Source: Myxococcota bacterium (GTDB taxonomy: Bacteria > Myxococcota_A > UBA796 > SXON01). Taken from it: a stretch of 64,000 nt of DNA. The DNA lies in contig JAZKFH010000043.1 of assembly GCA_040386535.1 (NCBI GenBank), positions 23,070 through 87,069 on the forward strand, read 5' to 3'. Shown here piece by piece: positions 47,669 to 58,165 of this stretch. The translations under genes and the position numbers were made by a program. Under the pieces are notes generated by a model that was not told the DNA's origin, did no database searches, and saw only the letters and a program-made list of their open reading frames with translations. Numbering within the stretch: position 1 is the first letter of the stretch; each line of letters starts with the position of its first letter.

Positions 47669-49687
47669 ATGGCCTCTCCCGACACGAGCCGAACGCAGAG
47701 CCTCGCCGGCGCGCCCGCTCCCGAGGCCGGCGCGCACGCTCTCCAGGCCGGCGCTGCGCACCCCGACGCGCCCGCCCCCGTCGACGCCACCCTCGTCCCC
47801 GACAGCTGGAGCACCCGCGCCGCCAGCCACACGATCCGCCGCACGCCCGCGACGCCCGGCGTGCCGGGAGGCGACGGCTCTCCCTCCGAGGCCCATGCCG
47901 CCGAGCTCCTCGCGGCCGAGCTCTTCGCCACCCGCGCCGCGCCCTGGGCCAACGAGCTCGAGCTGGTCGGGCCGCTGGGCGAGGGCGGCATGGGCGTGGT
48001 GCGGCTCGCCCGGCAGGTGCTCCTCGGGCGCGAGGTCGCTGTCAAGTCCGCGCACCCCGACGCGCCGGCGCGACGAGCCAGCCGCAGCCTCCTCCAGGAG
48101 GCGTGGGCCGCGGCCACGCTGGAGCACCCCAACGTCGTCCCGGTCTACCTGCTCGTCGCGGACGACCAGGGCCAGCCCCACGTCGTCATGCGCCGGATCG
48201 AGGGCCGCACGTGGGGCGAGCTCATCGAGCGGCCAGAGGACGTGCAGGCCTCCTTCGGCGCCCGCGACCTGCTCGGCTGGCACCTCGGCGTCCTGATGCA
48301 GGTGTGCAACGCGGTCCACTTCGCCCACAGCCGCGGCGTGCTCCACCGTGATCTCAAGCCCGACAACGTCATGGTGGGCGCGTTCGGCGAGGTGTACGTG
48401 CTCGACTGGGGCCTCGCCGTGCGCCTCCGCGAGGGCGGCCCGCCGCGGCTCGCCCTGGCCGCCGACGAGCTCTACGTCGTCGGCACGCCGCGGTACATGG
48501 CGCCCGAGATGGCCGCGGCCGACGGCCCCCGCCTCTCCGAGCGCACCGACGTGTACCTGCTCGGGGGGATGCTGCTCACCGTGCTCACCGGCCGCGGCCC
48601 GCACCCGGGGGAGACCGCCGCCGAGACCCTCGCGAACATCCCGTCGTTCGCGCCCGCGCTCCCGCCCGACGTGCCCCGGCGCCTCGCCCAGGTGGTCTGC
48701 ACCGCGATGGCGACCGATCCAGACGACCGGTTCCCGACCGCCGAGGCCCTGCGCCTCGAATTGCAGGGCTTCCTGGAGGAGCGCAGCGCCGACGGCCTCG
48801 CCGCGGAGGCCGCGATCGAGCTCGCCGCCCTCGAAGCCGCGTTGGCCGGCACGCCCCCCGATCGCCAGCAGACCTACCGCCACTTCGAGGCCTGTCGGTT
48901 CGGCTTCCGCCAGGCCCAACGCGCGTGGCCCGGGCACGGCGACAGCACCGCCGGCTCCCGACGCGCCCTGCTCGCGATGATCGGCTACGAGCTCGACCAG
49001 GGCGACGCCCGCGCGGCCTCGGTCCACCTCGCGGAGCTCCCCGATCCGCCCGCCGGGCTGGCCGCGCGCGTGGCCGCCGCCGAGCTCGCCCAGTCCAGCG
49101 CCGCCACCGATCTGGCCCGCCTCCGGGCCGACATCGACCCCTCGCTCGGCGGCCGCACCCGCATCTTCGTGTTCACCGTCGTGATGCTGTTCTGGACGGC
49201 ACTCCCCCTGGTGGCCTGGGGCCTCGACCGCCCCCTCACCCACGACGGCCTGCTCTTCTCCCACGGCCTGATGATCGGCGTCGTGGGGCCGATGGTCGTG
49301 TGGGCGCGCGACTCGTTGGGCCGCACCGGGCTCAACCGTCGGGTGGCGCAGATGCTCCTGACCGTACAGGTGGCGCTCGTCGTGGGCGACATCGCGGGTC
49401 GGCTCATCGGCATGACCCCGCTGCAGGTCCTCATCTTCGACCAGGTGCTCTTCGCCACGGTCGCCGCGCTGGTCGCCGAGAGCCAGGTGCGCATCGCGCG
49501 CCTCCCTACCCTCGGCTACCTCGTCGCGCTGGTGGTCACGATCCTCGACCACCGGCTCATCTTCCCGGCGATCGCGGCGTGCAACCTGCTCGTGCTCGTC
49601 GTCACCTTCGCCATGTGGTACCCCACCCAGCGCGGCCAGCTGCTCCGGCACCCGAACAAGCCGCCCCGGCGCCGCACACGCCGCTGA
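47669..49687 (+). CDS. Hanks-type Ser/Thr kinase with C-terminal multi-TM domain
   Basis: LGEGGMG, VAVK, HRDLKPDN, DWG, YMAPE; about 6 C-terminal TM helices. Confidence 0.95.
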   Translation: MASPDTSRTQSLAGAPAPEAGAHALQAGAAHPDAPAPVDATLVPDSWSTRAASHTIRRTPATPGVPGGDGSPSEAHAAELLAAELFATRAAPWANELELVGPLGEGGMGVVRLARQVLLGREVAVKSAHPDAPARRASRSLLQEAWAAATLEHPNVVPVYLLVADDQGQPHVVMRRIEGRTWGELIERPEDVQASFGARDLLGWHLGVLMQVCNAVHFAHSRGVLHRDLKPDNVMVGAFGEVYVLDWGLAVRLREGGPPRLALAADELYVVGTPRYMAPEMAAADGPRLSERTDVYLLGGMLLTVLTGRGPHPGETAAETLANIPSFAPALPPDVPRRLAQVVCTAMATDPDDRFPTAEALRLELQGFLEERSADGLAAEAAIELAALEAALAGTPPDRQQTYRHFEACRFGFRQAQRAWPGHGDSTAGSRRALLAMIGYELDQGDARAASVHLAELPDPPAGLAARVAAAELAQSSAATDLARLRADIDPSLGGRTRIFVFTVVMLFWTALPLVAWGLDRPLTHDGLLFSHGLMIGVVGPMVVWARDSLGRTGLNRRVAQMLLTVQVALVVGDIAGRLIGMTPLQVLIFDQVLFATVAALVAESQVRIARLPTLGYLVALVVTILDHRLIFPAIAACNLLVLVVTFAMWYPTQRGQLLRHPNKPPRRRTRR

Positions 49688-49863
49688 TCGACGGCGCGCC
49701 GCACCACCCGCGTGGTCGGCCTCGCGTGGACGAACCCCTTCTCCGCCCGACGTTCTCCGCGGCCCGCCAGCGGCGCCCCCCCGTACGATGCAGGCCCCGT
49801 GCGGATTTCGTTTGGACGCGTGCTCGGCTGCATCTACGCTGGCGCACCCCAACTGGAGTCTTC

Positions 49864-50877
49864 ATGACCGCTCGCTCCCCCCTCTGGCTCGCCCTGTTCG
49901 TCCTCACCGGCTGCGGCGGCGCCGCCGGAAACTGCTCGGTCGTCCAGAACGACGACGGCTCTGCCACCGTGGAGTGCCCGGACGGCACCTCCGCCACGCT
50001 CACCGGCGGCGAGGCCGGCACCGACGGGGCCGCCGGCACGGACGGAACGAACGGCACGAACGGCACCGACGGCACGGACGGCACCGCCGGCACCGCCGCC
50101 CTCCTCCGCATCGACGAGGAGGCGCCCGGCGAGAGCTGCGCCAACGGCGGCGTCGCGATCCACGCCGGCCTGGACGACGACGCCGACGGCGCCTTGTCCG
50201 ACCTCGAGATCGACTCGACCGCCTACCTGTGCAACGGCACCGACGGCACCGACGGCTCCGACGGCACCGACGGCACCGACGGCTCCGACGGCACGGGCGC
50301 GCTGGTTCGTATCGAGGCGCTCGCCGCCGGCGACGAGTGCGCCGAGGGCGGCGTCGTGATCTACGCCGGCGTCGACACGGACGCCGACGCCTGGCTCGAC
50401 GAGAGCGAGGTCACCGACACCGCGTACCTGTGCGGGGGCGAGCTGGCCGTCTCGACGAGCACCGTCGAGTTCCCCAGCTCGTCGTCCACGATTCCGCGCG
50501 GGTCGCTCGGCGGCTCCGGCACCTTCTACATCGCCGGCGACTCCGTCACCCAGACCTTCACGGGCACGGGCCTCACCAGCGTGACCGAGCTGGATTTGGC
50601 GTTCGACATGTACGACGCCACCAGCACGTCGTGCTCGGTCGGCACCCTGAGCTGGGACGTGTCCGTCAACGACACGACGGTCGGCTCCTACAGCATCGAA
50701 GGAGGCCTGTCGCTCGGCGACTTCGCGGTCGAGGAGCTCTACACGTTCCCCGCGATCGCGGGCACCGGCGTCGACGGCGACAGCTACGAGCTCACCATCG
50801 CCGCGACCACCACGGTCTGCGGTGGCGGCGGCTCCTGGAACTGGTACCCCGGCGGCACCGCGATCCTCGGCCGCTGA
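49864..50877 (+). CDS. Lipoprotein with Gly-X-Y (GTD/GTN) repeats and duplicated Cys-containing modules
   Basis: LFVLTGC; two C-x2-GG...G-D-D-D...YLC modules separated by GTDG repeats. Confidence 0.85.
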   Translation: MTARSPLWLALFVLTGCGGAAGNCSVVQNDDGSATVECPDGTSATLTGGEAGTDGAAGTDGTNGTNGTDGTDGTAGTAALLRIDEEAPGESCANGGVAIHAGLDDDADGALSDLEIDSTAYLCNGTDGTDGSDGTDGTDGSDGTGALVRIEALAAGDECAEGGVVIYAGVDTDADAWLDESEVTDTAYLCGGELAVSTSTVEFPSSSSTIPRGSLGGSGTFYIAGDSVTQTFTGTGLTSVTELDLAFDMYDATSTSCSVGTLSWDVSVNDTTVGSYSIEGGLSLGDFAVEELYTFPAIAGTGVDGDSYELTIAATTTVCGGGGSWNWYPGGTAILGR

Positions 50878-50909
50878 TCCTCGGCCGCAGTCAACGCCGA
50901 TCGCTCGGC

Positions 50910-52535
50910 TCAGACCTGCCGCAACCCCGGCGCCTCGCGCCCCATGGCCGTGACGTACTCGTCGTACGAGCCCTGGTAGACGCGCGGCGCCACCCCCGGC
51001 GACAGCTCGACCACCCGCGTGGCGAGCGCGCGCAGGAAGGCGCGATCGTGGCTCACGAAGACGATGGTGCCGTCGTAATCGGAGAGTGACCGCACCAGCG
51101 CGCGCTTGGTCGTGAGATCCAGGTGGTTGGTGGGCTCGTCGAGCACGAGCAGGTTGGGCGCGTCGTAGAGCATCTTCGCGAGCGCGAGGCGAGCCTTCTC
51201 GCCGCCGGAGAGCACGGAGATGGGCTTGTCCACGTCGTCCCCGGAGAAGCCGAACGCGCCCGCGAGGCCGCGGATCACGGCCTGGCCCGCGCGCGGGGCG
51301 TGGGCGTCGAGCTCCTCGAGCACCGAGCGATCGCCCGAGAGCTGCTCCATGTTGTGTTGGGCGAAGTACCCGAGCGACACCGACGCGCCGATGGTGACCG
51401 CGCCCGCCTCGGGGCTCACGGCGCCCGCCATCATCTTGAGCAGCGTCGTCTTGCCCGCGCCGTTCTCGCCCATGATCGCCCAGCGCTCGCCGCGGCGGAC
51501 GAGCAGGTCGAGCTTGTCGTGCACCGTGCGCGTGCCGTAGCGCTTGGTCACGCCCTTGAGCGAGATCACGTCGTTGCCGCTGCGCTCGGGCCGCCGGAAC
51601 TGGAACGTGCGCTCGACCATCCGCTTGGGCGGCTCGATGCGCTCGATCTTGTCCAGCTTCTTCGCGCGGCTCTGCACGGCCGAGGCCTTGCTGGGCTGGG
51701 CCCGGAAGCGCGTGATGAAGCGCAGGTCCTTCGCGAGCATCGCCTGCTGCTTGTCGAACTCGGCCTCGCGCTGCGCCGCGTCGAGCGCGCGGGCCCGCTC
51801 GTAGGCGTCGTAGTCGCCGGTGTAGGTGCGGATCTTGCCGCCGTCGATCTCGATCACCTTGCGCACGACCCGGTTCATCACGTCGCGGTCGTGGCACGTC
51901 ATCAACACGGCGCCGCTGTACTCGCGGAGCCACCCCTCCAGCCACACGATCGACTCGATGTCGAGGTAGTTGGTCGGCTCGTCGAGCAGCAGCAGCTCGG
52001 GGCGAGCCAGCAGCATCCGGGCCAGCTGCACGCGCATGCGCCAGCCGCCGGAGAGCGCGCCGACGTTGCCCTCCACCTCTTCGGCCGTAAAACCGAGCCC
52101 CGCGAGGATCGCGCGGGCGCGGGCCTCCAGATCGTAGCCGCCGCCCTCCTGGTAGCGCGCCTGCACCTCGCCGTAGCGCTCCAGCACGCGGTCGTAGTCG
52201 TCGGCCTCGTAGTCGTCGAGGCGCTTCTCGAGCGCGGCCAGCTCGTCGCCGAGGGCCGCCACGGTGCCGGCGCCCGCGATCGTCTCCGCGAGCACGCTGG
52301 CATCGCGCCAGTCGGCGAAGTCCTGGCGGAAGTACCCGAGCGTGAGGCGCTTGGGGCGCTCCACGTTGCCCTCGTCGGGGCGCTCCTCGCCCAGGATCAG
52401 GCGGAAGATGGTCGTCTTGCCCGATCCGTTCGGCCCGACGAGCCCCACCTTCTCGCCCGGGTTGATCTTGAGCGACGCGTCGAGGAACAGCACCTGGCTG
52501 CCGTATTGCATCGTGACGTTGACCAGCTCGACCAT
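50910..52535 (-). CDS. ABC-F family ATPase
   Basis: Two ABC domains (GPNGSGKT/LSGGW/DEPTN and GENGAGKT/LSGGEK/DEPTNH); no TM segments. Confidence 0.96.
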   Translation of the reverse strand: MVELVNVTMQYGSQVLFLDASLKINPGEKVGLVGPNGSGKTTIFRLILGEERPDEGNVERPKRLTLGYFRQDFADWRDASVLAETIAGAGTVAALGDELAALEKRLDDYEADDYDRVLERYGEVQARYQEGGGYDLEARARAILAGLGFTAEEVEGNVGALSGGWRMRVQLARMLLARPELLLLDEPTNYLDIESIVWLEGWLREYSGAVLMTCHDRDVMNRVVRKVIEIDGGKIRTYTGDYDAYERARALDAAQREAEFDKQQAMLAKDLRFITRFRAQPSKASAVQSRAKKLDKIERIEPPKRMVERTFQFRRPERSGNDVISLKGVTKRYGTRTVHDKLDLLVRRGERWAIMGENGAGKTTLLKMMAGAVSPEAGAVTIGASVSLGYFAQHNMEQLSGDRSVLEELDAHAPRAGQAVIRGLAGAFGFSGDDVDKPISVLSGGEKARLALAKMLYDAPNLLVLDEPTNHLDLTTKRALVRSLSDYDGTIVFVSHDRAFLRALATRVVELSPGVAPRVYQGSYDEYVTAMGREAPGLRQV

Positions 52536-52666
52536 GCCGACTCCCGCCCGGCCCGTTGTCTTCCCGACCCGGGGCGCGGGGCGGGTAACCCGGCTTCGGA
52601 CTCCGGGGGCAGCGGGTGGTGCGGCCCGGCGTGAACGGCGCCTGCGCTACACTCCCGGTTCCCACG

Positions 52667-53996
52667 GTGCTTCCTGCTCCTCTTCGTCGTCCTCGCCGCC
52701 TGCCACCCCGCGGCCGAGCGCACCGCGTCGCCCGGCTCGGCCTCCCGCGAGACCGACGTGCCCGGCGACACCGCGCCGCGCGACTCGGCCGACACCGCGC
52801 CGCGCGACTCGGCCGACACGGCTCCGATCGACACGGCTCCGATCGACACCGGCACGTCCTGCCAGCCGCTCGACTGCGGCGAGCTCGGCGCCACGTGCGG
52901 CGCGGTCGACGACGGCTGCGGGACCTCGATCACGTGCGGCGACTGCGGCCCCTGGGAGTCGTGCGGCGCGGCCAACGTCTGCGAGCGCGCCGCGTGCGTG
53001 CCCGACGAGGCGACCGGGACCGAAGGAGGCGGGCGCTGCGAGTCCCTGGCCGAGGCGTGGACCGCGCGGGGGATCAACGTCGGCTATTACCCGTACCGCG
53101 TGCTCCGTGACACGTACCAATACTCCGGCGACTACGGCGGGAGCGGCGTCGCGACCTTCGAGCCCGGCGGGGCCACGAGCGGGGTGATCCTGCAGGTCAT
53201 CCCGGCGGGATCGTTCGTCGGGCTCTCGTCGACCGGGCCCTACTACGAGGCGTGCTCCACGGCGACGTGCGGCGACGAGGACGAGCAGGCGTGCTCCGCG
53301 TCCACGCCGCCGCTGCGCGAGGGGATCGCCGGGTTCTACTGGGGGTACGCCTACTCGGGCGCCAGCCACATGCAGGGCTGGATCTACGCCGATCCGCTCG
53401 ACCTCGCCTATGCCGGGGCCGATCCCGACCACCCCTGTGCCACCGGCCCTGCCGCCGCCGACTACGAGGTGTCCGAGGCGTGTGGCGCCGCCACCACCTG
53501 CGCGGGGACCAACCGAACGTGCGGGGATGCCAATCCGTGCAGCGAGGGGAGCGACGATTGCGGGCGCGAGGCCTGTGGCGCCGAGAGCGGTGGGGCGCTG
53601 ACGCCGTCGGCGCACCGTGGAACCGTCACCCTGCCCGCCTCCGCCGTCGCGTGCAGCGAGCGCACGCCGCCCGACAGCCGTGTCCTCTGTTTGCCGAACG
53701 GGAGCGAAACCGACTTCTTCTTCGTCTACCCCTTCGGCGCCTACGTGTATTGGGCGCAGAACAGCACGACCAAACACTGGCTCCACTATGGTGACAGGGT
53801 GCAATCGTATTTCCACACCCGCGATGCCCAGGGCGTCCTGTGGGACTTCGTCGAGGTGCTCGACTCGGGCGCGCCCGTGCTCACGCCCGCGAGCGACGGC
53901 GCTGGAGACGATTGTACCGCGGCCACCCCCGAAGACTGCACGCCCTGCCGCGATGGCGGCACCTGCGGATGGATCCAGGACGTCTTCATCCAATGA
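52667..53996 (+). CDS. Cys-rich lipoprotein whose start codon is out of frame by 1 nt (or which uses a CTG start at 52674)
   Basis: FLLLFVVLAAC lipobox is in frame with ORF 52758..53996; CG...DDGCG...CGDC repeat; DTAP repeats. In-frame stop at 52632 and no in-frame ATG/GTG/TTG before the lipobox. Confidence 0.75.
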
Positions 53997-54047
53997 CCGC
54001 CCCGAAGGGGGTTATCGTCGTGCTCCGCCGTTCGTGACCGCCTCGAG

Positions 54048-55400
54048 GTGCCCGTGTCCAAGTCTCTCGCCCCGCGTGGCTCCGCTGGCCCCGCCGCCGC
54101 GCGCGCCCCCGCGCCCGCCGGCCGCGCCCCCACGGGTGCCGGCCGCCGCCAGGACCAGCTCGGCAACGCCGAGGTCGCCGCACGCGGGCTCGGCTCCGAG
54201 AAGCCGGGCTCGGAGAAGTCAGGCTCTGAGAAGCCGGGCTCCGACAAGCCCGGCGCCCGCGAGCGGTTCCCGTACCAACACGAGATGGAGGCGAGCTTCG
54301 GCGAGGACTTCTCCACGGTCGACATCGTGTTCGGCGCCGCCGCCGCGATGGCCGACCTCGGCGCCGAGGCGGCCGCGGAGGGCGAGCGCATCCAGTTCGC
54401 GGATGCGAACCCCGACAAGGAGATCGTCGCGCACGAGCTCGCCCACGTGGTCCAGCGCCGCCACAGCGGGGTCAGCGGCGCGACCGGGGGAAGCGGCGAC
54501 GCGGGCGTGAGCCGCCCCGAGGACGCGGCGGAGCGGGAGGCGAGCCGCGTCGGCAAGGAGGCCGCGGCGGGCAAGGCGGTCGCCCCCCGGGCGCCCACGT
54601 CCGCGGGCACCATGCGCTTCACACCGGCGAAGCAGGACAAGTACAACGACGCGAGCGTCGACAACAACGGCAAGGACGAGGGGAAGGACCTCCGCATGCG
54701 CCCCGGTGTCGTCCTCGACGGGGAGGACACGTTCCAGACCACCGCGATCACCCCGCTGTACTTCGGCAACGGGAAGCAGCGCACCGAGCTCCCGAGCGGC
54801 ACGAAGGTGTGCATCAACCCCGCCGACCCGCGCAAGCTGAACGGCGAGACCTGCCTGCTCGTGTGGGCGGGCAGCGTGGGGGCGGGCTGGGCGCACGCGG
54901 GCGACATCGAGCACGGCTACGAGCTCGTACGCAAGATCAAGAAGAGCGACCGGTACCAGGACTGGCAGCCCTCCTCCGCCAACAAGGGCGAGGACACGAC
55001 GACCTTCGTGTTCAAGACCGACGGCCCGACCACCACCGCGGGCCTCCGCGGTGATCCCGCCGACCGCGTGTTCCCCGACCAGACGAAGAGCGCCAACACG
55101 GTGGCCCATCACCTCCTGCGCGAGGGCAAGTCGGAGGGGAAGGAGGACGACTACTACAACGTGTTCATGAACCTCCCCCAGAAGAACGGGGCCGCCGTCG
55201 CCCATGATGTCGCCCAGCCGGGCGAGGAGTTCCACGTCCCCAAGCAGGGCGGGAGCTTCCTGAAGCGGCGCGTCGAGACGTTCGACAAGGGCAGCGACAA
55301 GAGCAAGGACGCGGTCACGTTCGTGTTCGGGTACGTCGAGGGGAAGGCGGCGCGGCGCGGGTGGGTCGTCTACGACTGCCTGGAGCGCAAGCAGCCGTAG
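54048..55400 (+). CDS. DUF4157 (eCIS core) domain protein with unknown C-terminal domain
   Basis: MEASFGEDFSTV...LGAEAAAEGERIQF...AHELAHVVQ...AEREA; N-terminal QLGNAEV; GSEK repeats. Confidence 0.88.
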   Translation: MPVSKSLAPRGSAGPAAARAPAPAGRAPTGAGRRQDQLGNAEVAARGLGSEKPGSEKSGSEKPGSDKPGARERFPYQHEMEASFGEDFSTVDIVFGAAAAMADLGAEAAAEGERIQFADANPDKEIVAHELAHVVQRRHSGVSGATGGSGDAGVSRPEDAAEREASRVGKEAAAGKAVAPRAPTSAGTMRFTPAKQDKYNDASVDNNGKDEGKDLRMRPGVVLDGEDTFQTTAITPLYFGNGKQRTELPSGTKVCINPADPRKLNGETCLLVWAGSVGAGWAHAGDIEHGYELVRKIKKSDRYQDWQPSSANKGEDTTTFVFKTDGPTTTAGLRGDPADRVFPDQTKSANTVAHHLLREGKSEGKEDDYYNVFMNLPQKNGAAVAHDVAQPGEEFHVPKQGGSFLKRRVETFDKGSDKSKDAVTFVFGYVEGKAARRGWVVYDCLERKQP

Positions 55401-55453
55401 GCGCCTGTAAGGAACCGGCGCCACCCCCGTTTGTCCGGTACTCTCCCGGCCGC

Positions 55454-58165
55454 ATGCTCTTCCGTTCTCTTCCGCTGCTCGTCCTGCTCGCCGCGTCGCC
55501 GGGCGTGTACGCCTCCGAGGTGGACCCCCGTGCGGACGACCCGGGTGCGGCCGACCCCGACGCAGTCGAGCCCGCGCCGCTCTCCTGGGGCGCCACGGAC
55601 GCCACCTACCGGATCACCATCCCCCCCGAGGGCCCGCTCCGCGTCGAGCTCGAGTGGGTGTTCTCGGCGGTCGCCCCCGCGTGGATGGACGTGCCGCTCG
55701 CCGGCTCCGCGCTCGTGGTCGACACGGTCACCGGCCCCGCCACCGCCACCGCCTACGGCCTGCGCGCCCTGCTCTCCCCGCGGCTCCTCCAGAACGGCCG
55801 CTCGTCGCGCGCCACCATCGCCGTCACCGGCACGATCGACCCCTCCCGCCCCGGCGCCGCCTCGCTCGCCGTGTACCCGGCCGCCCGCCAGCGCGTCATC
55901 ATCGACGCCCCCGGCCTCGACGTCACCGTGGCCGGCGCGACCGACGGCTGGCTCGCCGCCTCCGACCGTCTCGCGCTCACGTGGAAGCCCCACGTGGCCG
56001 CCGTCCCCACCACCCTGGCGCCGCTCGTGACCGCCGAGGCCTCCACCGCCGTGTGGGCCGAGCCCGGCGCGCTCCTCACCCGCGCCGCCGTGCGCTGGCG
56101 CGTGGTCCGCGGCGAGGTGTCCCGCTTCGAGCTCGACGTCACCGGCCTCGAAGAGGTCGAGGTCGAGGGCCCCAACCTCGCCCGCGCCGTCCGCGAGGGC
56201 GATCGCATGGTGCTCACCCCGCGCGCCCCGGTCCGCGGCACCTTCGCGGTCGACGTGCGCGCCCGCCGCGCCCTCACCGCGGACGTGGTCACCTCCGGCG
56301 CCGAGCTCTCCGCGCCCGCGCCCCGCCCGATCGCCGCCCGCGTCGAGCGCTACTGGACCGTCGGCCGCGCCGAGGACGGCGAGCTCGTGCCCATCGGCGG
56401 CCCGCGCGCCGTGCCCGCCCGCACCCTCCCGGAATGGGCACGTGGCCTCTCCGACACGCCCCCCGAGAGCTTCTGGCAAGGCGACGCGCCGCTGCGCCTG
56501 CGCCTCGCCCGGTTCTCGCCGATGATGGGCCCGGACACGGTGATCGAGCGCGCCGAGCTCGTCGTCGCCACCGCCGCCGAGGGCCGCGCGCTCATCCGCA
56601 CCACCTGGCACACGCGCAACGAGCGTCGTCAGTACCTGCACGTTCGTCCCCCGCCCGGCCTCCGCCCGATGACCGCGCGTGTCTCCGGCGAGCCCGTGAC
56701 CGTCCTCTCCGACGGCGCGGGCGGCGTGTACGTGCCGCTGGAGAAGTCGGTCGAGACCCTCCAGGGGCTCCTCACCTTTCCGGTCGAGCTGACCTGGATC
56801 GCGGAGGGTGACGCCTGGGACCGCAAGGGCGAGCGCACGCTGCTCCTCCCGTCCGTGGACGCGCCCATCCAGGCCGCCGACTGGGAGGTGTACCTGCCGC
56901 GCGGGTGGACCGCCCCGGGGCAGTCCAGCGTCGCGACCGCGGCGCCGCCGCCCGTGGTCACCGAGGCCGACGAGGCGCTCCAGCAGGCCGTGATCGCCTA
57001 CAAGAGCAACGACTTCGCCAGCTCCCAGGGCTTCCTCGAGGTCGCGCGCGCCAGCGGCAGCACCAGCGCCAACGTCGGCCGCCTCCAGTCCAACCTCGAC
57101 GTGCTGCTCGGCAAGGACGGAAACGGCGAGAAGGCGAACGACGAGGGCGTCGAGGACGGCGCCTCCCGCCGCGTGCGCGAGCTCGCGAACGCCAAGACGG
57201 TCACGATGCAGGTCGAGCAGGAGAAGGCCGTCGACAAGGCGCGTTGGGCCTACAACAGCGGCGACATCGAGGAGGCCGAGCGCTACCTCGAGGAGGTCAT
57301 CGCCTACGCCGACGACATCGGCATGACCGAGCAGAAGGAGTCGGCCGAGCAGTCGGGCAAGAAGGAGGAGGCGACCAAGCTCCTTTCCGAGGTCGTCGCG
57401 ATGAAGAAGCGCAAGTCGGCGAGCGCGTCGTCCAGCTCGTCCCCCGGCGCGTCCTCGAGCCCGCCGGAAGGTGGCGAGGTGACGACGAAGATGCCGGTCG
57501 TCGGCGGGTTCGCCGCGTCCGCGCCCCCTCCCGACGCGCCCAAGCCTGTCATCACCTCCACGACCACGTCCACGCCGGCGCCCGCGACGGGGGAGAACGC
57601 CTACGTGATCGACGGCCTCGACATCGCCGAGGAGGAGCCTGCGCCCCCCGCGCCGCCCGAGCCCGTCCAGCAGTTCGACCGTGAGTTCCTCCAACAAGTC
57701 CCGGCCAGCCGCTCGTACCAGTCCGTCGTCCAGGCGGTGCCGGGTGTCACCGTGACCGCGGCCAAGAGCAGCGCGGCGCGCGGCGGGAAGGGCCAGCGCC
57801 AGGAGGCTGTGTCCGACCGGAAAGACGGCAAGTCCGCCAGGCCCGCCAAACCCGCCCCGGCCCGGGACATCGACCAGGACTCCCTCGCTGACGAGCAGGA
57901 CGGCGAAGACGAGTACGACAAGGACCTCCGCGCCGACGTCCCCGATCAAGCCCCCGAACAGGACTCTCCCGCGCCGCCCGAAGAGCGCGCCGCCCTCGAC
58001 GTGAAGGCCGCCCCCCTCACGCTCGCCATGCCGCTCGGCGGAGAGGTGATCCGCTCGACCGCCGCGCTCCTGCCGGCGAACGCCCACCCCACGCTCACGC
58101 TTCCGTACCGAACCACCTCCCGCGACATCGCCGTCCGCAAAACCGCTCCCGGAGCCGCCCGATGA
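55454..58165 (+). CDS. Large exported hypothetical protein, paralog of the downstream gene, with a TPR-like/low-complexity insert
   Basis: Signal peptide; shares RN.RRQ.L, LP..DAP...W.VY.P and P....P..G blocks with 58162..60021. Confidence 0.85.
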   Translation: MLFRSLPLLVLLAASPGVYASEVDPRADDPGAADPDAVEPAPLSWGATDATYRITIPPEGPLRVELEWVFSAVAPAWMDVPLAGSALVVDTVTGPATATAYGLRALLSPRLLQNGRSSRATIAVTGTIDPSRPGAASLAVYPAARQRVIIDAPGLDVTVAGATDGWLAASDRLALTWKPHVAAVPTTLAPLVTAEASTAVWAEPGALLTRAAVRWRVVRGEVSRFELDVTGLEEVEVEGPNLARAVREGDRMVLTPRAPVRGTFAVDVRARRALTADVVTSGAELSAPAPRPIAARVERYWTVGRAEDGELVPIGGPRAVPARTLPEWARGLSDTPPESFWQGDAPLRLRLARFSPMMGPDTVIERAELVVATAAEGRALIRTTWHTRNERRQYLHVRPPPGLRPMTARVSGEPVTVLSDGAGGVYVPLEKSVETLQGLLTFPVELTWIAEGDAWDRKGERTLLLPSVDAPIQAADWEVYLPRGWTAPGQSSVATAAPPPVVTEADEALQQAVIAYKSNDFASSQGFLEVARASGSTSANVGRLQSNLDVLLGKDGNGEKANDEGVEDGASRRVRELANAKTVTMQVEQEKAVDKARWAYNSGDIEEAERYLEEVIAYADDIGMTEQKESAEQSGKKEEATKLLSEVVAMKKRKSASASSSSSPGASSSPPEGGEVTTKMPVVGGFAASAPPPDAPKPVITSTTTSTPAPATGENAYVIDGLDIAEEEPAPPAPPEPVQQFDREFLQQVPASRSYQSVVQAVPGVTVTAAKSSAARGGKGQRQEAVSDRKDGKSARPAKPAPARDIDQDSLADEQDGEDEYDKDLRADVPDQAPEQDSPAPPEERAALDVKAAPLTLAMPLGGEVIRSTAALLPANAHPTLTLPYRTTSRDIAVRKTAPGAAR

